A stretch of 64,000 bases of DNA, taken from Actinomycetes bacterium. GTDB lineage: Bacteria > Actinomycetota > Acidimicrobiia > Acidimicrobiales > Ilumatobacteraceae. Positions 29,613 through 38,375 of this stretch are shown piece after piece; the stretch's first letter is position 1, and every line of letters begins with the position of its first letter. The stretch is taken from positions 54,815 through 118,814 of the forward strand of contig JANYKS010000008.1 of NCBI GenBank assembly GCA_025358125.1, given 5' to 3'. Both the position numbers and the translations under genes were made by a program. Under the pieces are notes generated by a model. The model was given only the letters and a program-made list of their open reading frames with translations, did no database searches and was not told the DNA's origin.

Positions 29613-30239
29613 TTAACGCACCGCTGGCGCGCACCCTGCCAACTGGCGTTGCAGGCCGACGCGGAATGCCTCGGCCCGGTCGGATTCGTTGGCGCGTAGG
29701 TCCATGCCCGCCAACTCCAGCGAGATGTAACCATGGATCCCCGCCCACAGATGATGGGCGAGTTCGAACGGCTCTCCCCTCAGCGCGTTGTCGGCGACGG
29801 CGGCTTGGGTCGCGACGACGAGCTGATCGAACGTGGCCCGCGCCTCAGCGAGGGCGTCGTCGCTCGGGTCGTAGTCGGGAACAGCCTTGGCGAACATCAC
29901 CATGTAGTGCGTCGGATTGGAGAGCGCCCACGTTCGGTAGGCCTCACCGAGAGCGGCGAGATGCTTCCGGGCGCTGTTGCCACGCTTGGCCGCGTCGAGC
30001 GCTTCTCCGAACCGCTTGAAACCGTCGACGAAGATGGCTTCGACCAAACCGTTCTTGCCCCCGAACCAGGTGTAGACGCCGGTGGTCGAACAACCGGCGG
30101 CCGCCGCGACCGAACGGACGGTGAGCGCGCCGGCACCTTCGCTCCGCAGGATCGAGATGGCGGCGGCAAGTATCGCCGACCGCGGATCTGTGGCGTTGGC
30201 CACATCGTCGGTCTGAACACTTGACAAATGCGGAGCCAT
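29613..30239 (-). CDS. TetR/AcrR family transcriptional regulator
   Basis: N-terminal HTH ILAAAISILRSEGAGALTVRSVAAAAGCSTTGVYTWFGGKNGL. Divergent from the oxygenase gene. Confidence 0.85.
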   Translation of the reverse strand: MAPHLSSVQTDDVANATDPRSAILAAAISILRSEGAGALTVRSVAAAAGCSTTGVYTWFGGKNGLVEAIFVDGFKRFGEALDAAKRGNSARKHLAALGEAYRTWALSNPTHYMVMFAKAVPDYDPSDDALAEARATFDQLVVATQAAVADNALRGEPFELAHHLWAGIHGYISLELAGMDLRANESDRAEAFRVGLQRQLAGCAPAVR

Positions 30240-30274
30240 GTAACAATGTTACACCACCGACGTAACAGTGTTAC
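30239..30274. promoter_or_regulatory. two palindromic TetR-type operators (TGTAACA-N-TGTTACA)
   Basis: tgtaacaatgttaca at 30239-30253 is a perfect 15-bp palindrome that overlaps the tetR start codon by 1 nt. gtaacagtgttac at 30262-30274 is a perfect 13-bp palindrome 4 nt before the AGGAGG SD of the oxygenase gene. Confidence 0.6.
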
Positions 30275-30289
30275 ATCTAGGAGGCTGCG

Positions 30290-31645
30290 ATGGCTGGGAA
30301 CATGTACCTCGAGGGCAACTATGCGCCAGTCAGCGAGGAGGTGACCGCGTTCGATCTACCGCTGATCGGCGATCTGCCAGAAGAGCTCAACGGTCGCTAT
30401 CTGCGCAACGGCCCGAACCCGTGGAAGGTCGACGATCCCCACACCCATCACTGGTTCACGGGCGCCGGCATGGTGCACGGCGTGTGCCTCCGAGACGGCA
30501 AGGCCGAGTGGTACCGCAATCGCTACGTCGGCAGCACCGACCTCAGCCAGTCGCGGGGCGAACCTGACATCACCGGCCGCAACTGGAACAATTCACCGGT
30601 CGGCCCGAACACCAGCGTCGGGGGCTTCGCCGGTACGACCTGGGCGTTGGTGGAGGCCGGAGGATGCCCGGTCGAGCTCACTTATGAGCTGGAGACCGTT
30701 GGCCGCAACGACTTCTTCGCAACACTCCCCGGCGCGTTCACTGCGCACCCCAAGGTCGACGCGGACACCGGTGAGATGCACGCGATGGTCTACGCCCTGC
30801 CGGAGTGGCTCGATCATGTGCAGTACGTGGTGGTGGCAGCTGACGGCAAGGTTCGGCGAACGGTCGACGTTCCGCTCGGGCAGCCAACGATGCTCCATGA
30901 CATGTCGCTCACACAGCGCTACGCGGTGGTGTACGACTTTCCCTGCCGGCTCGACTTCGACCTCGCGTTCGCGGGGCGCTTCCCGTTCGTCTGGCAGCCC
31001 GGAACAGGTAGCCGGGTGGGCTTGCTGCCACGCGAGGGTGAGGCGACCGACATCGTGTGGGTCGATGTAGCGGAATGCTATGCGTTCCACCCACTCAACG
31101 CCCACGACGCCGACGACGGCAGTGTGGTGATCGACATCTGCGTCTACGACAAGATGTTCGACGTTGATCGTGCCGGTCCGTTCCAGGACAACCTGGCCAG
31201 GCTCGAGCGATGGGTGATCAACCCCGAGTCGCGCACATCGTCTGCCACGGTCATCGATGCGACCCCGCAGGAGTTCCCACGTCATGCCGGCCGTTTGACC
31301 GCCAAGCCGAACCGCTACGGATATTGCGCGGGCATCACCGCCGGCGCGCCGGAGTGGCCGACGTTGAAGCACGATCTGATCACCGGCGAGCGTTGGTCGT
31401 TCGACCACGGCGCAGGGCGCAGCGGGGGCGAGGCCGTCTTCATCGAGCGGTCGGGTGCGACCGCCGAGGACGACGGCTGGTTGATGATGCTCGTCCACGA
31501 TGTCCCGAACTGCAAGGCCGAACTCGTCGTGCTCGATGCGCAGGATTTCAGCCGCGGCCCGGTCGCCCGGGTGTTGCTCCCACAGCGCATCCCGTACGGC
31601 TTCCACGGCAACTGGGTCAGCGATCACGCCGTGCCGCCGAACTGA
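30290..31645 (+). CDS. carotenoid oxygenase family protein (carotenoid/stilbene cleavage dioxygenase)
   Basis: GNYAPV...LNGRYLRNGPNP N-terminus. The four iron-ligand His contexts are present (THHWFTG, FTAHPKVD, AFHPLNAH, GFHGNWV). AGGAGG lies before ATG 30290. Confidence 0.9.
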   Translation: MAGNMYLEGNYAPVSEEVTAFDLPLIGDLPEELNGRYLRNGPNPWKVDDPHTHHWFTGAGMVHGVCLRDGKAEWYRNRYVGSTDLSQSRGEPDITGRNWNNSPVGPNTSVGGFAGTTWALVEAGGCPVELTYELETVGRNDFFATLPGAFTAHPKVDADTGEMHAMVYALPEWLDHVQYVVVAADGKVRRTVDVPLGQPTMLHDMSLTQRYAVVYDFPCRLDFDLAFAGRFPFVWQPGTGSRVGLLPREGEATDIVWVDVAECYAFHPLNAHDADDGSVVIDICVYDKMFDVDRAGPFQDNLARLERWVINPESRTSSATVIDATPQEFPRHAGRLTAKPNRYGYCAGITAGAPEWPTLKHDLITGERWSFDHGAGRSGGEAVFIERSGATAEDDGWLMMLVHDVPNCKAELVVLDAQDFSRGPVARVLLPQRIPYGFHGNWVSDHAVPPN

Positions 31646-31738
31646 ACAGCTGCTCGCTGACGTCGTGGATGCCCCACGGATGTCGGTGGTTCATTGCGGC
31701 CCGGCCGCCGGATGAAGCGAGCGACGTAGATTGGCATC

Positions 31739-32620
31739 ATGTCCTCCGTCATAGTTTCTGCTGTCCAGATGGCAATGTCAGAACGCGTCGCCGACAACAT
31801 CGCGACCGCCGACCGTCTCGTTCGCGAGGCCGCTGGCATCGGTGCTCAGATCGTGCTGATCCCCGAGTTGTTCGAGGGTCCGTACTTCTGCATCGACATG
31901 CTGGCGGAGCATTTCGCTCGCGCATTTCCCGTCGAAGGTCATCCGACGGTGGCCCATTTCCAGAAGCTGGCGGCGGAGCTGAACGTCGTCCTGCCGATCA
32001 GCATCTACGAACGCGCGAACAACGCCACGTTCAACACGGTGGTCATCGTCGACGCGGACGGCGCTCAGCTCGGCATCTACCGCAAGAGCCACATCCCCGA
32101 CGGCGTTGGGTACACCGAGAAGTTCTACTTCAATCCGGGTGACACCGGCTTTCGGGTGTGGCGGACCAGGCACGCGACGATCGGCGTCGGCATCTGCTGG
32201 GATCAATGGTTTCCCGAGGCGGCACGGGCGATGGCGCTCCAGGGCGCAGAGCTGTTGTTCTATCCGACGGCCATCGGTAGCGAGCCGCCGGATCCGGCGT
32301 GGGACTCGAGTGGTCATTGGCAACGGGTGATGCAGGGCCACGCAGGAGCGAACCTGACGCCTCTCGTCGCCGCAAACCGGATCGGTCGCGAAGTCGGTCG
32401 CGCCGGCGAGCGCGAGATCACGTTCTACGGGAGTTCGTTCATCGCCGATCCGACCGGGGCCAAGGTGGCCGAAGCCGGCCGCGACGAGGAAGCGGTTCTC
32501 ACGGCGCTGTTCGATCTCGGTGCCGTTCGCGAGATGCGCCACTCGTGGGGGCTGTTCCGAGACCGTCGCCCCGACCTCTACGGTGCGCTGCTGACCCACG
32601 ATGGAAGCGGCAGCCGATGA
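31739..32620 (+). CDS. aguB: N-carbamoylputrescine amidase (carbon-nitrogen hydrolase)
   Basis: Glu-Lys-Cys triad contexts IPELF, YRKSHIP and GICWDQWFPE; 293 aa. The stop overlaps the aguA start (ATGA 32617-32620). Confidence 0.85.
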   Translation: MSSVIVSAVQMAMSERVADNIATADRLVREAAGIGAQIVLIPELFEGPYFCIDMLAEHFARAFPVEGHPTVAHFQKLAAELNVVLPISIYERANNATFNTVVIVDADGAQLGIYRKSHIPDGVGYTEKFYFNPGDTGFRVWRTRHATIGVGICWDQWFPEAARAMALQGAELLFYPTAIGSEPPDPAWDSSGHWQRVMQGHAGANLTPLVAANRIGREVGRAGEREITFYGSSFIADPTGAKVAEAGRDEEAVLTALFDLGAVREMRHSWGLFRDRRPDLYGALLTHDGSGSR

Positions 32621-33627
32621 CGTTTCGGATGCCAGCCGAATTCGGGCGGCACGAACGAACGGTGCTGTGTTGGCCAGTTCGCGAATCCCTGTACGGGAAC
32701 CTGATGCCCCAGGCGCAGGACGCGCATGCGCGGGTGGCGCGTGCTATCGCCGAGTACGAGCCGGTCTCGATGATCGTGCATCCTGGTCCGTCCGCCGAGC
32801 TCGCAGCCGAGATGTGCGGTGGCCGGGTCGAGATCGTCGAGCTCCCGATCGATGATTCGTGGTTCCGCGACAGCGGCCCGATCTACGTCGTCGACGTCGA
32901 CGCCGAAGGCGAACGGGTGGCAACGGATTGGACGTTCAACGGCTGGGGTACGAAGTGTTCGCCCTGGGATCAGGATGACCTCGTCGCACGACGATGGGCG
33001 GAACGCTCCGGCGATCCCACTCGGCGGATACACATGGTGCTCGAAGGTGGTTCACTCACCGTCGATGGCGAGGGCACGCTGATCACGACGATCCAATGCC
33101 TGATGCACCCCAATCGCAACCCGGACCTCACCAAGCTCGACATCGAGGAAATTCTCGGCGACGAACTCGGCGTGAGCACGGTCATCTGGCTGCCGTACGG
33201 CCTTGCGGACGACGACGACACCGACGGCCACGTCGACAACGTCGCCGTGTACGCGCGACCGGGCGTCGTGGTTCTCCAGGGTTGCGATGAGCCCGAGGAG
33301 CGCGACTGGTTGCGATTGAACGTGAACGCGCGCTGGGCTCGCGGCTCGACCGACGCTGCCGGACGTTTGCTCGAGGTCATCCAGATTCCGGTGTTGCCGT
33401 TCGTCGAGATCGGCGGCGAACGGCGGCCGGTTCCATACGCCAACTTCTACGTCGGGAACGGCTTCGTGCTCGTGCCGACGGCCAACCATCCCGCTGACGC
33501 GGACATGCTCGCCATCATCAGCGAACAGTACCCGGGGCGTGAAGTCGTCGGTCTCGATGTCGGCCCGATCCTTGCGTTCGGGGGCGGCGGTATCCACTGC
33601 ATCACCCAACAGATCCCGGCGGAGTGA
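32617..33627 (+). CDS. aguA: agmatine deiminase
   Basis: MPAEFGRHERTVLCWP N-terminus, DGHVDN, and C-terminal catalytic GGGIHCITQQ. Start ATG 32617 lies inside the longer track ORF. Confidence 0.85.
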   Translation: MTFRMPAEFGRHERTVLCWPVRESLYGNLMPQAQDAHARVARAIAEYEPVSMIVHPGPSAELAAEMCGGRVEIVELPIDDSWFRDSGPIYVVDVDAEGERVATDWTFNGWGTKCSPWDQDDLVARRWAERSGDPTRRIHMVLEGGSLTVDGEGTLITTIQCLMHPNRNPDLTKLDIEEILGDELGVSTVIWLPYGLADDDDTDGHVDNVAVYARPGVVVLQGCDEPEERDWLRLNVNARWARGSTDAAGRLLEVIQIPVLPFVEIGGERRPVPYANFYVGNGFVLVPTANHPADADMLAIISEQYPGREVVGLDVGPILAFGGGGIHCITQQIPAE

Positions 33628-33691
33628 CCCCGGGGGACGCCGGCGGAGACGCCAGCCCGGCCGAGGTCCTGATTGCGCCTACAATCTCCGA

Positions 33692-35260
33692 ATGAGCGAC
33701 ACAGTGATGCCACAAGAGTGGGACGGCCTCGACATCATCGTGCGTGGCCCAGTGCTGATCCAGATCGAAGAGCACATGGCCGCCAACCCGCTGACGCCAT
33801 GCGGGGGTGTCGTGATCGGGAACGCCTCACCGAAGGCGAACCTCGTTCTCGTCACCGCTGCGTTGCCGGTCGATCTCGCCAACGATGCCGCCCACTTCGG
33901 GTTCACCGACTCTGTCTGGCAAGCGCTCGTCGATCGAGTGTCTGCCACATATCGGAATCAGCGCATCGTCGGCTGGTATCACAGCCGTCCCGGCCAGGGG
34001 GTGTACATGTCGCACGCAGATCGCGCGACGCACTCGACGTTGTTCTCCCACGTGTGGCAGGTGGCCTACGTCTACGACCACGAAGCACAGGCTCGTGGGT
34101 TCTTCGGTTGGTCCGGACCGGACATCGTCCGCGTCCCCTCCTGGGAGGTGACGAACGGGCAGTACGGAATCGACGCGTCCGTCCCTGTCGATGATCCGGC
34201 CGCCATCGCCGAACCCGAACCCGCCGTCATCGCGTGGCCGGAGCGTGGGGCCGACATCGATCTCGACGGACCCGGCGTTCCCGTCCCCGGATCCGACAGC
34301 GCCGGCGGCAACGAGATTGGTGGCCAACCGGTGGCGGGTGAAGCATGGTCCGCTACCTCCACCACTGGGCCGGTGGCGCCGTTCGAAACCGCGACGAGGT
34401 CGAGCAAGAAGATGAAGCAGTCGACGCTCGGATGGTTGATCGCGGCCGGCGTCGCCGCGGTCGTCGTTGCGGGCGTCGTGATCAACTCGGGCAACGACGT
34501 GAAAGCCCCAGCGGCGTCGCTCTCGACCGGCAACTCCTCCGCCACCGGTGGATCGGTTGCCGTCGATGTGTCCAACCCTTCCGGCACCGACTCGACCTCT
34601 TCGACGGGAGCACAGACGACCACCCCTGTATCTGCGACGAGCCTGCCTGCCACTGCGCGCGGCGTCGTCGCTCCGGCCGCGCGGCCCGGCGGTTCGGCGA
34701 GCCCGTGCGCGGCAACCGGCAAGAAGTACTCACCGACCGGGGACTGTTTCGTGCCGTTGCCGAGCGGCAACCTCGTCGTCTACAAGTCCGCGGCATTGGG
34801 GTGCGCCGATCCCGACGGAACGGTGCTCGCCCCTGCAGCAAAGTCGTTCACGGTCGGCACGGCCGGTGACCCGTTGGCCATCACCGCCGATGGTGCGCTT
34901 GTGAACAAGTGCTCGGATCTCTCCTATGCCAAGAAGGTGATGGCAGCCGGCGCCAACGCGATGGCGGGGTTGTGCGGCAGTACCACCACCACGATCAACG
35001 AAGCGGCCACGCGTTGTTTCGCGATGAATCCGGAAACGGGAGCGATTGTGGCCATCGTCAGGAGCGCGACGACGACGGACCTCGTCGCCGCCTGCTCCGG
35101 CGCGACATCGTCCGACCTCGTTCCACTGACGTGGTCGATCTCCGGCGTGCAGTCGATCTGGCGGGTCGAATCGGTGGCCTACGACCCCAGCACCAAGCAG
35201 TTCACAGCAACGGCGACACGCCAGGGCGCAACAGCGACGGCCCCGATCACCTGCACCTGA
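33692..35260 (+). CDS. membrane-anchored MPN/JAB-like protein with degenerate JAMM motif and Cys-rich extracytoplasmic domain
   Basis: GWYHSRPGQGVYMSHAD matches H-x-H-x7-S-x2-D except that the second His is Arg. One TM helix (LGWLIAAGVAAVVVAGVVI), a Ser/Thr-rich linker, and a C-terminal domain with 8 Cys. Confidence 0.6.
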   Translation: MSDTVMPQEWDGLDIIVRGPVLIQIEEHMAANPLTPCGGVVIGNASPKANLVLVTAALPVDLANDAAHFGFTDSVWQALVDRVSATYRNQRIVGWYHSRPGQGVYMSHADRATHSTLFSHVWQVAYVYDHEAQARGFFGWSGPDIVRVPSWEVTNGQYGIDASVPVDDPAAIAEPEPAVIAWPERGADIDLDGPGVPVPGSDSAGGNEIGGQPVAGEAWSATSTTGPVAPFETATRSSKKMKQSTLGWLIAAGVAAVVVAGVVINSGNDVKAPAASLSTGNSSATGGSVAVDVSNPSGTDSTSSTGAQTTTPVSATSLPATARGVVAPAARPGGSASPCAATGKKYSPTGDCFVPLPSGNLVVYKSAALGCADPDGTVLAPAAKSFTVGTAGDPLAITADGALVNKCSDLSYAKKVMAAGANAMAGLCGSTTTTINEAATRCFAMNPETGAIVAIVRSATTTDLVAACSGATSSDLVPLTWSISGVQSIWRVESVAYDPSTKQFTATATRQGATATAPITCT

Positions 35261-36589
35261 TCAGGACGAGATGTGGCGCATCAGGTGGAGCACGGCAACG
35301 TCGGCGTGCTGGGGGCCGACGATCTGCAGCCCGATCGGCAGCCCGGCCGCGCTGGTGCCGACCGGTATGGTGCCCGCCGGCGAGCGCGTCAGGTTGAAGG
35401 GGTACGTCGCGCGCACGAAGCGCACGTCGTTCTCGCCGAGGGGTGCCGGGTCGTATGCGAGAGTGGGCGTCAGCAGCAGATCGCAGCCGCTGAACAGCCT
35501 GACCAGGCGTAGGTTCAGTAGATGGCAGGCGTCCTCAGCCTCGATCAACTGCTGTGCGGACACGAGACCGGCAAGTTCGACGTAGCCGCGTACATCGGGA
35601 TCCATCAGGTTCAGGTCGAGATTGGCGACTGTTCGCTTGAGATAGCTGGCGACCAGCGTGATCCACGGGCCAACCGGGTCCTGTTCGAAGACCGACTCCG
35701 TCTCGACGATCTCGACGCCGTCGGCTGAAAGTCGCTGTATCGTCGCCTCGCACGCGGCGATGATCTGTGGATCGACCTCTGCATAGCCAAGGCTCCGGCT
35801 CCAGCCAACTCGGGTCGGCATCGGCTGGGTGCTGACCTGCGTCGACCACGGCGTGGGTGGAATCGGCAGCGAGCGCAGATCGGTCGGGTCGGGGCCGACG
35901 ATCACGTCGAGCACGGCAAGCAGTTCGTCGACGGTGCGGGTGAGGACCCCCCGAGTCGTCAAGTCATGCCAATCGACCGGCTGCGGCCCACCATCGGGGA
36001 TCCGCCCGAGCGACGGTTTGAAGCCTGGCAACCCGCACGCCGAGGCGGGTATCCGGATCGAACCCCCTCCGTCGGACGCGGTGGCGAGCGGCACCATGCC
36101 CGTTGCGACGGCAACGGCCGCGCCGCCCGAGGAGCCGCCCGCTGAATGCTCGAGATTGTGCGGATTTCGTGTCGCGCCGAACAGCGGGTTGTCGGTCACG
36201 CCCTTCGCGGCCAGTTCCGGCGTGTTCGTCTTGCCGACGACGACGCAGCCGGCGGCTTTCAGCCGCTCGACGAGTACTGAGTCACGGGTCGCGATCGTGG
36301 CATCGGCCCAGAGGCGAGAGCCGAACGTCGTGCGGTAGCCGAGCGTGTCCTCGGTGTCCTTCACGCCGAGCGCCACCCCCGCCAGCGGCCCGCCGTCTGC
36401 TCCGCTGCTGATGCGTTCGTCGAGCGCCTCGGCGTCGGCGATCGCCTGCTCGGCATTCACGGCGATGAATGCGTTCAGCGCAGCGTTGCGGGCGTCGATG
36501 GCGGCGAGCGATTCTGCGATCACATCGGCTGCCCGCCGTTCGCCGGACCGGACCTGGTTGGCGACGGTGATCAGAGATGGGTCGGTCAC
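35261..36589 (-). CDS. amidase (amidase-signature family)
   Basis: GGSSGGAAVAVATG signature and LGVKDT. Start uncertain: GTG 36589 preferred, but the ORF is open to TTG 36652. Confidence 0.8.
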   Translation of the reverse strand: MTDPSLITVANQVRSGERRAADVIAESLAAIDARNAALNAFIAVNAEQAIADAEALDERISSGADGGPLAGVALGVKDTEDTLGYRTTFGSRLWADATIATRDSVLVERLKAAGCVVVGKTNTPELAAKGVTDNPLFGATRNPHNLEHSAGGSSGGAAVAVATGMVPLATASDGGGSIRIPASACGLPGFKPSLGRIPDGGPQPVDWHDLTTRGVLTRTVDELLAVLDVIVGPDPTDLRSLPIPPTPWSTQVSTQPMPTRVGWSRSLGYAEVDPQIIAACEATIQRLSADGVEIVETESVFEQDPVGPWITLVASYLKRTVANLDLNLMDPDVRGYVELAGLVSAQQLIEAEDACHLLNLRLVRLFSGCDLLLTPTLAYDPAPLGENDVRFVRATYPFNLTRSPAGTIPVGTSAAGLPIGLQIVGPQHADVAVLHLMRHISS

Positions 36590-36676
36590 CCGATCATCAT
36601 CGCATGGTGATGATCGTTTCGTGCCCCAAGGCCAGACTGCACTGGTCGCCAAACAGGCGCCCTTCGGAGAAAGGAT

Positions 36677-37576
36677 CTAACGAACGGACTTCATCGGCGG
36701 GCGCTCGTCGAGGTTGAGCGGTTCGGCGACGCCGTTCGGACGGAGCAGGGCCAGGTGGTCGCTGGCGAATGCCTTGTCGGCGCCGACGCGCGAGAGCAGG
36801 GTCGCGAGCACCTCGGCGGCCTGCACGCCGAGGCGGTCCAGCGGCTGATGCCGATGGTGGCGCTCGCCGACGTCGACTTGGGCGATCGCGGACGCGCCGA
36901 AGCGTTCGGCCACGTCGGCCAGCATCGCGATTTCTACACCCCAACCCTGCACGAACGGAATCTGCTCCATCGTTGTGCGGCGGCCGGCGAACTCGCCGCT
37001 CAACGGCTGATGCAATCCGGTGAGTTCGGGGAGGAACAGGCTGAGCATGGGTCTCGCGACGAGTTCGGTGGTGCGTCCCCCTCCGCCGTGCTCGGTCGGG
37101 CGGTGATAGCTGGCCTTGACGAGCAAGACGTCCGCTGTCGTGAGCAGCGGCATCAGCAATCCGATCACCCAGCGCGGCTCGGCGGAGGTGACGTCACCGT
37201 CGCACCAAACGATGAAGTCTCCCGTGCTGGCCGCCAGAGTCGCCCACAGCGCGTTGCCCTTGCCGCGGCCCTCGCCGTACACGTCGTTGACGGTGTTGAC
37301 CGACACCACGGTGGCCCCGTGGGCGGCGGCGATCGCAGCCGTTGCGTCCGTCGAGTTGTCGTCGAGAACGATCAACTCGTCGACGAGTCCGCTGCCGTCG
37401 ACGAGTTCGGTGCGCATCATGCTCACCAACCCGGCGATCGTTGCGGCTTCGTTCCTGCACGGGATGCACACGCTGACGGAACGCCCGGCCTTGGCTTCAA
37501 CGGCATCGGCCATCGAGAACGACGATGCGTCGAACGTGCGAATTGCACTCACATCGTTGAGGGTAGATGGCGTCAC
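36677..37576 (-). CDS. gpgS: glucosyl-3-phosphoglycerate synthase-like GT2/GT81 glycosyltransferase
   Basis: AVEAKAGRSVSVCIPCRNEAATI and LIVLDDNSTDAT match my recollection of the mycobacterial GpgS N-terminus. It neighbours a FolP2-like gene, as in mycobacteria. Confidence 0.7.
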   Translation of the reverse strand: MTPSTLNDVSAIRTFDASSFSMADAVEAKAGRSVSVCIPCRNEAATIAGLVSMMRTELVDGSGLVDELIVLDDNSTDATAAIAAAHGATVVSVNTVNDVYGEGRGKGNALWATLAASTGDFIVWCDGDVTSAEPRWVIGLLMPLLTTADVLLVKASYHRPTEHGGGGRTTELVARPMLSLFLPELTGLHQPLSGEFAGRRTTMEQIPFVQGWGVEIAMLADVAERFGASAIAQVDVGERHHRHQPLDRLGVQAAEVLATLLSRVGADKAFASDHLALLRPNGVAEPLNLDERPPMKSVR

Positions 37577-38346
37577 GACGAATAACCTCGCTGAGCGTGG
37601 AACTGTTTGCCGTACTCAATGCCTCGCCCGACTCGCTCAACACGGACTCGATCGTGACCGGCGTGGAGTCGGCAGTGGCACGGGCTCGCAAAGTGCTGGC
37701 CGAGGGCGCCGATGGGCTCGACCTCGGCGGTCAGGGGAGCACCGACGCGGCGACGGTTGTCGGTTGGGAAACGGAGTGGCAGCGGTTGGCGGAGATCGTG
37801 CCGGCACTCGCGCAGCTCGGCGTGCCACTGAGCGTGGACACGTGGCGCCCGCAGGTGGCGCGCCGCTCGATCGAGGCCGGAGCCACGATGCTCAACGCTG
37901 CCGACGGAATGCAGACCGATCAGATGTGGAAGGTGGCAGCCGAGTTCGATGTGCCGATCGTGTTGCCATTTCTGTCCGGGCCGAACCCGCGCGAGATGCA
38001 GCACGTCCTCGCCGACCCGATCGACACCTTGATCGATTTCTTCGACGCCCGCCTGAAAGACGCCGACCGGTTCGCGATGCGCCATCGTTGCATCATCGAT
38101 CCGGGCACCGGCTTCGCACCGAGCAACTGGGCGTGGGCGGACCGGTACCGGTACCAAAAGATCGTCTACGGCAATCTCGACCAGCTGCGTCGATGGGACC
38201 TTCCGTTGTACATCGCGCTGCCGTGGAAGGACACGCCCCAGCACTGGGAGTTGACGGAGATCGTGCTCAGGCAGCAGCCGGAGTTCGGGCGCGTTCACTA
38301 CCCGGATCAGGTTCGTGCACTCGAGCACAGGCTCGGCTTGATGTAG
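37567..38346 (+). CDS. folP: dihydropteroate synthase family protein (FolP/FolP2-like pterin-binding domain)
   Basis: AVLNASPDSLNTDS, GADGLDLGGQGS and LSVDTWRP are DHPS-type motifs. The 5' end overlaps the gpgS 5' end by 10 nt if both long starts are used. Confidence 0.8.
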   Translation: MASRRITSLSVELFAVLNASPDSLNTDSIVTGVESAVARARKVLAEGADGLDLGGQGSTDAATVVGWETEWQRLAEIVPALAQLGVPLSVDTWRPQVARRSIEAGATMLNAADGMQTDQMWKVAAEFDVPIVLPFLSGPNPREMQHVLADPIDTLIDFFDARLKDADRFAMRHRCIIDPGTGFAPSNWAWADRYRYQKIVYGNLDQLRRWDLPLYIALPWKDTPQHWELTEIVLRQQPEFGRVHYPDQVRALEHRLGLM

Positions 38347-38375
38347 CCGGAGATGATTGGGCACCCGAGTGTCGA

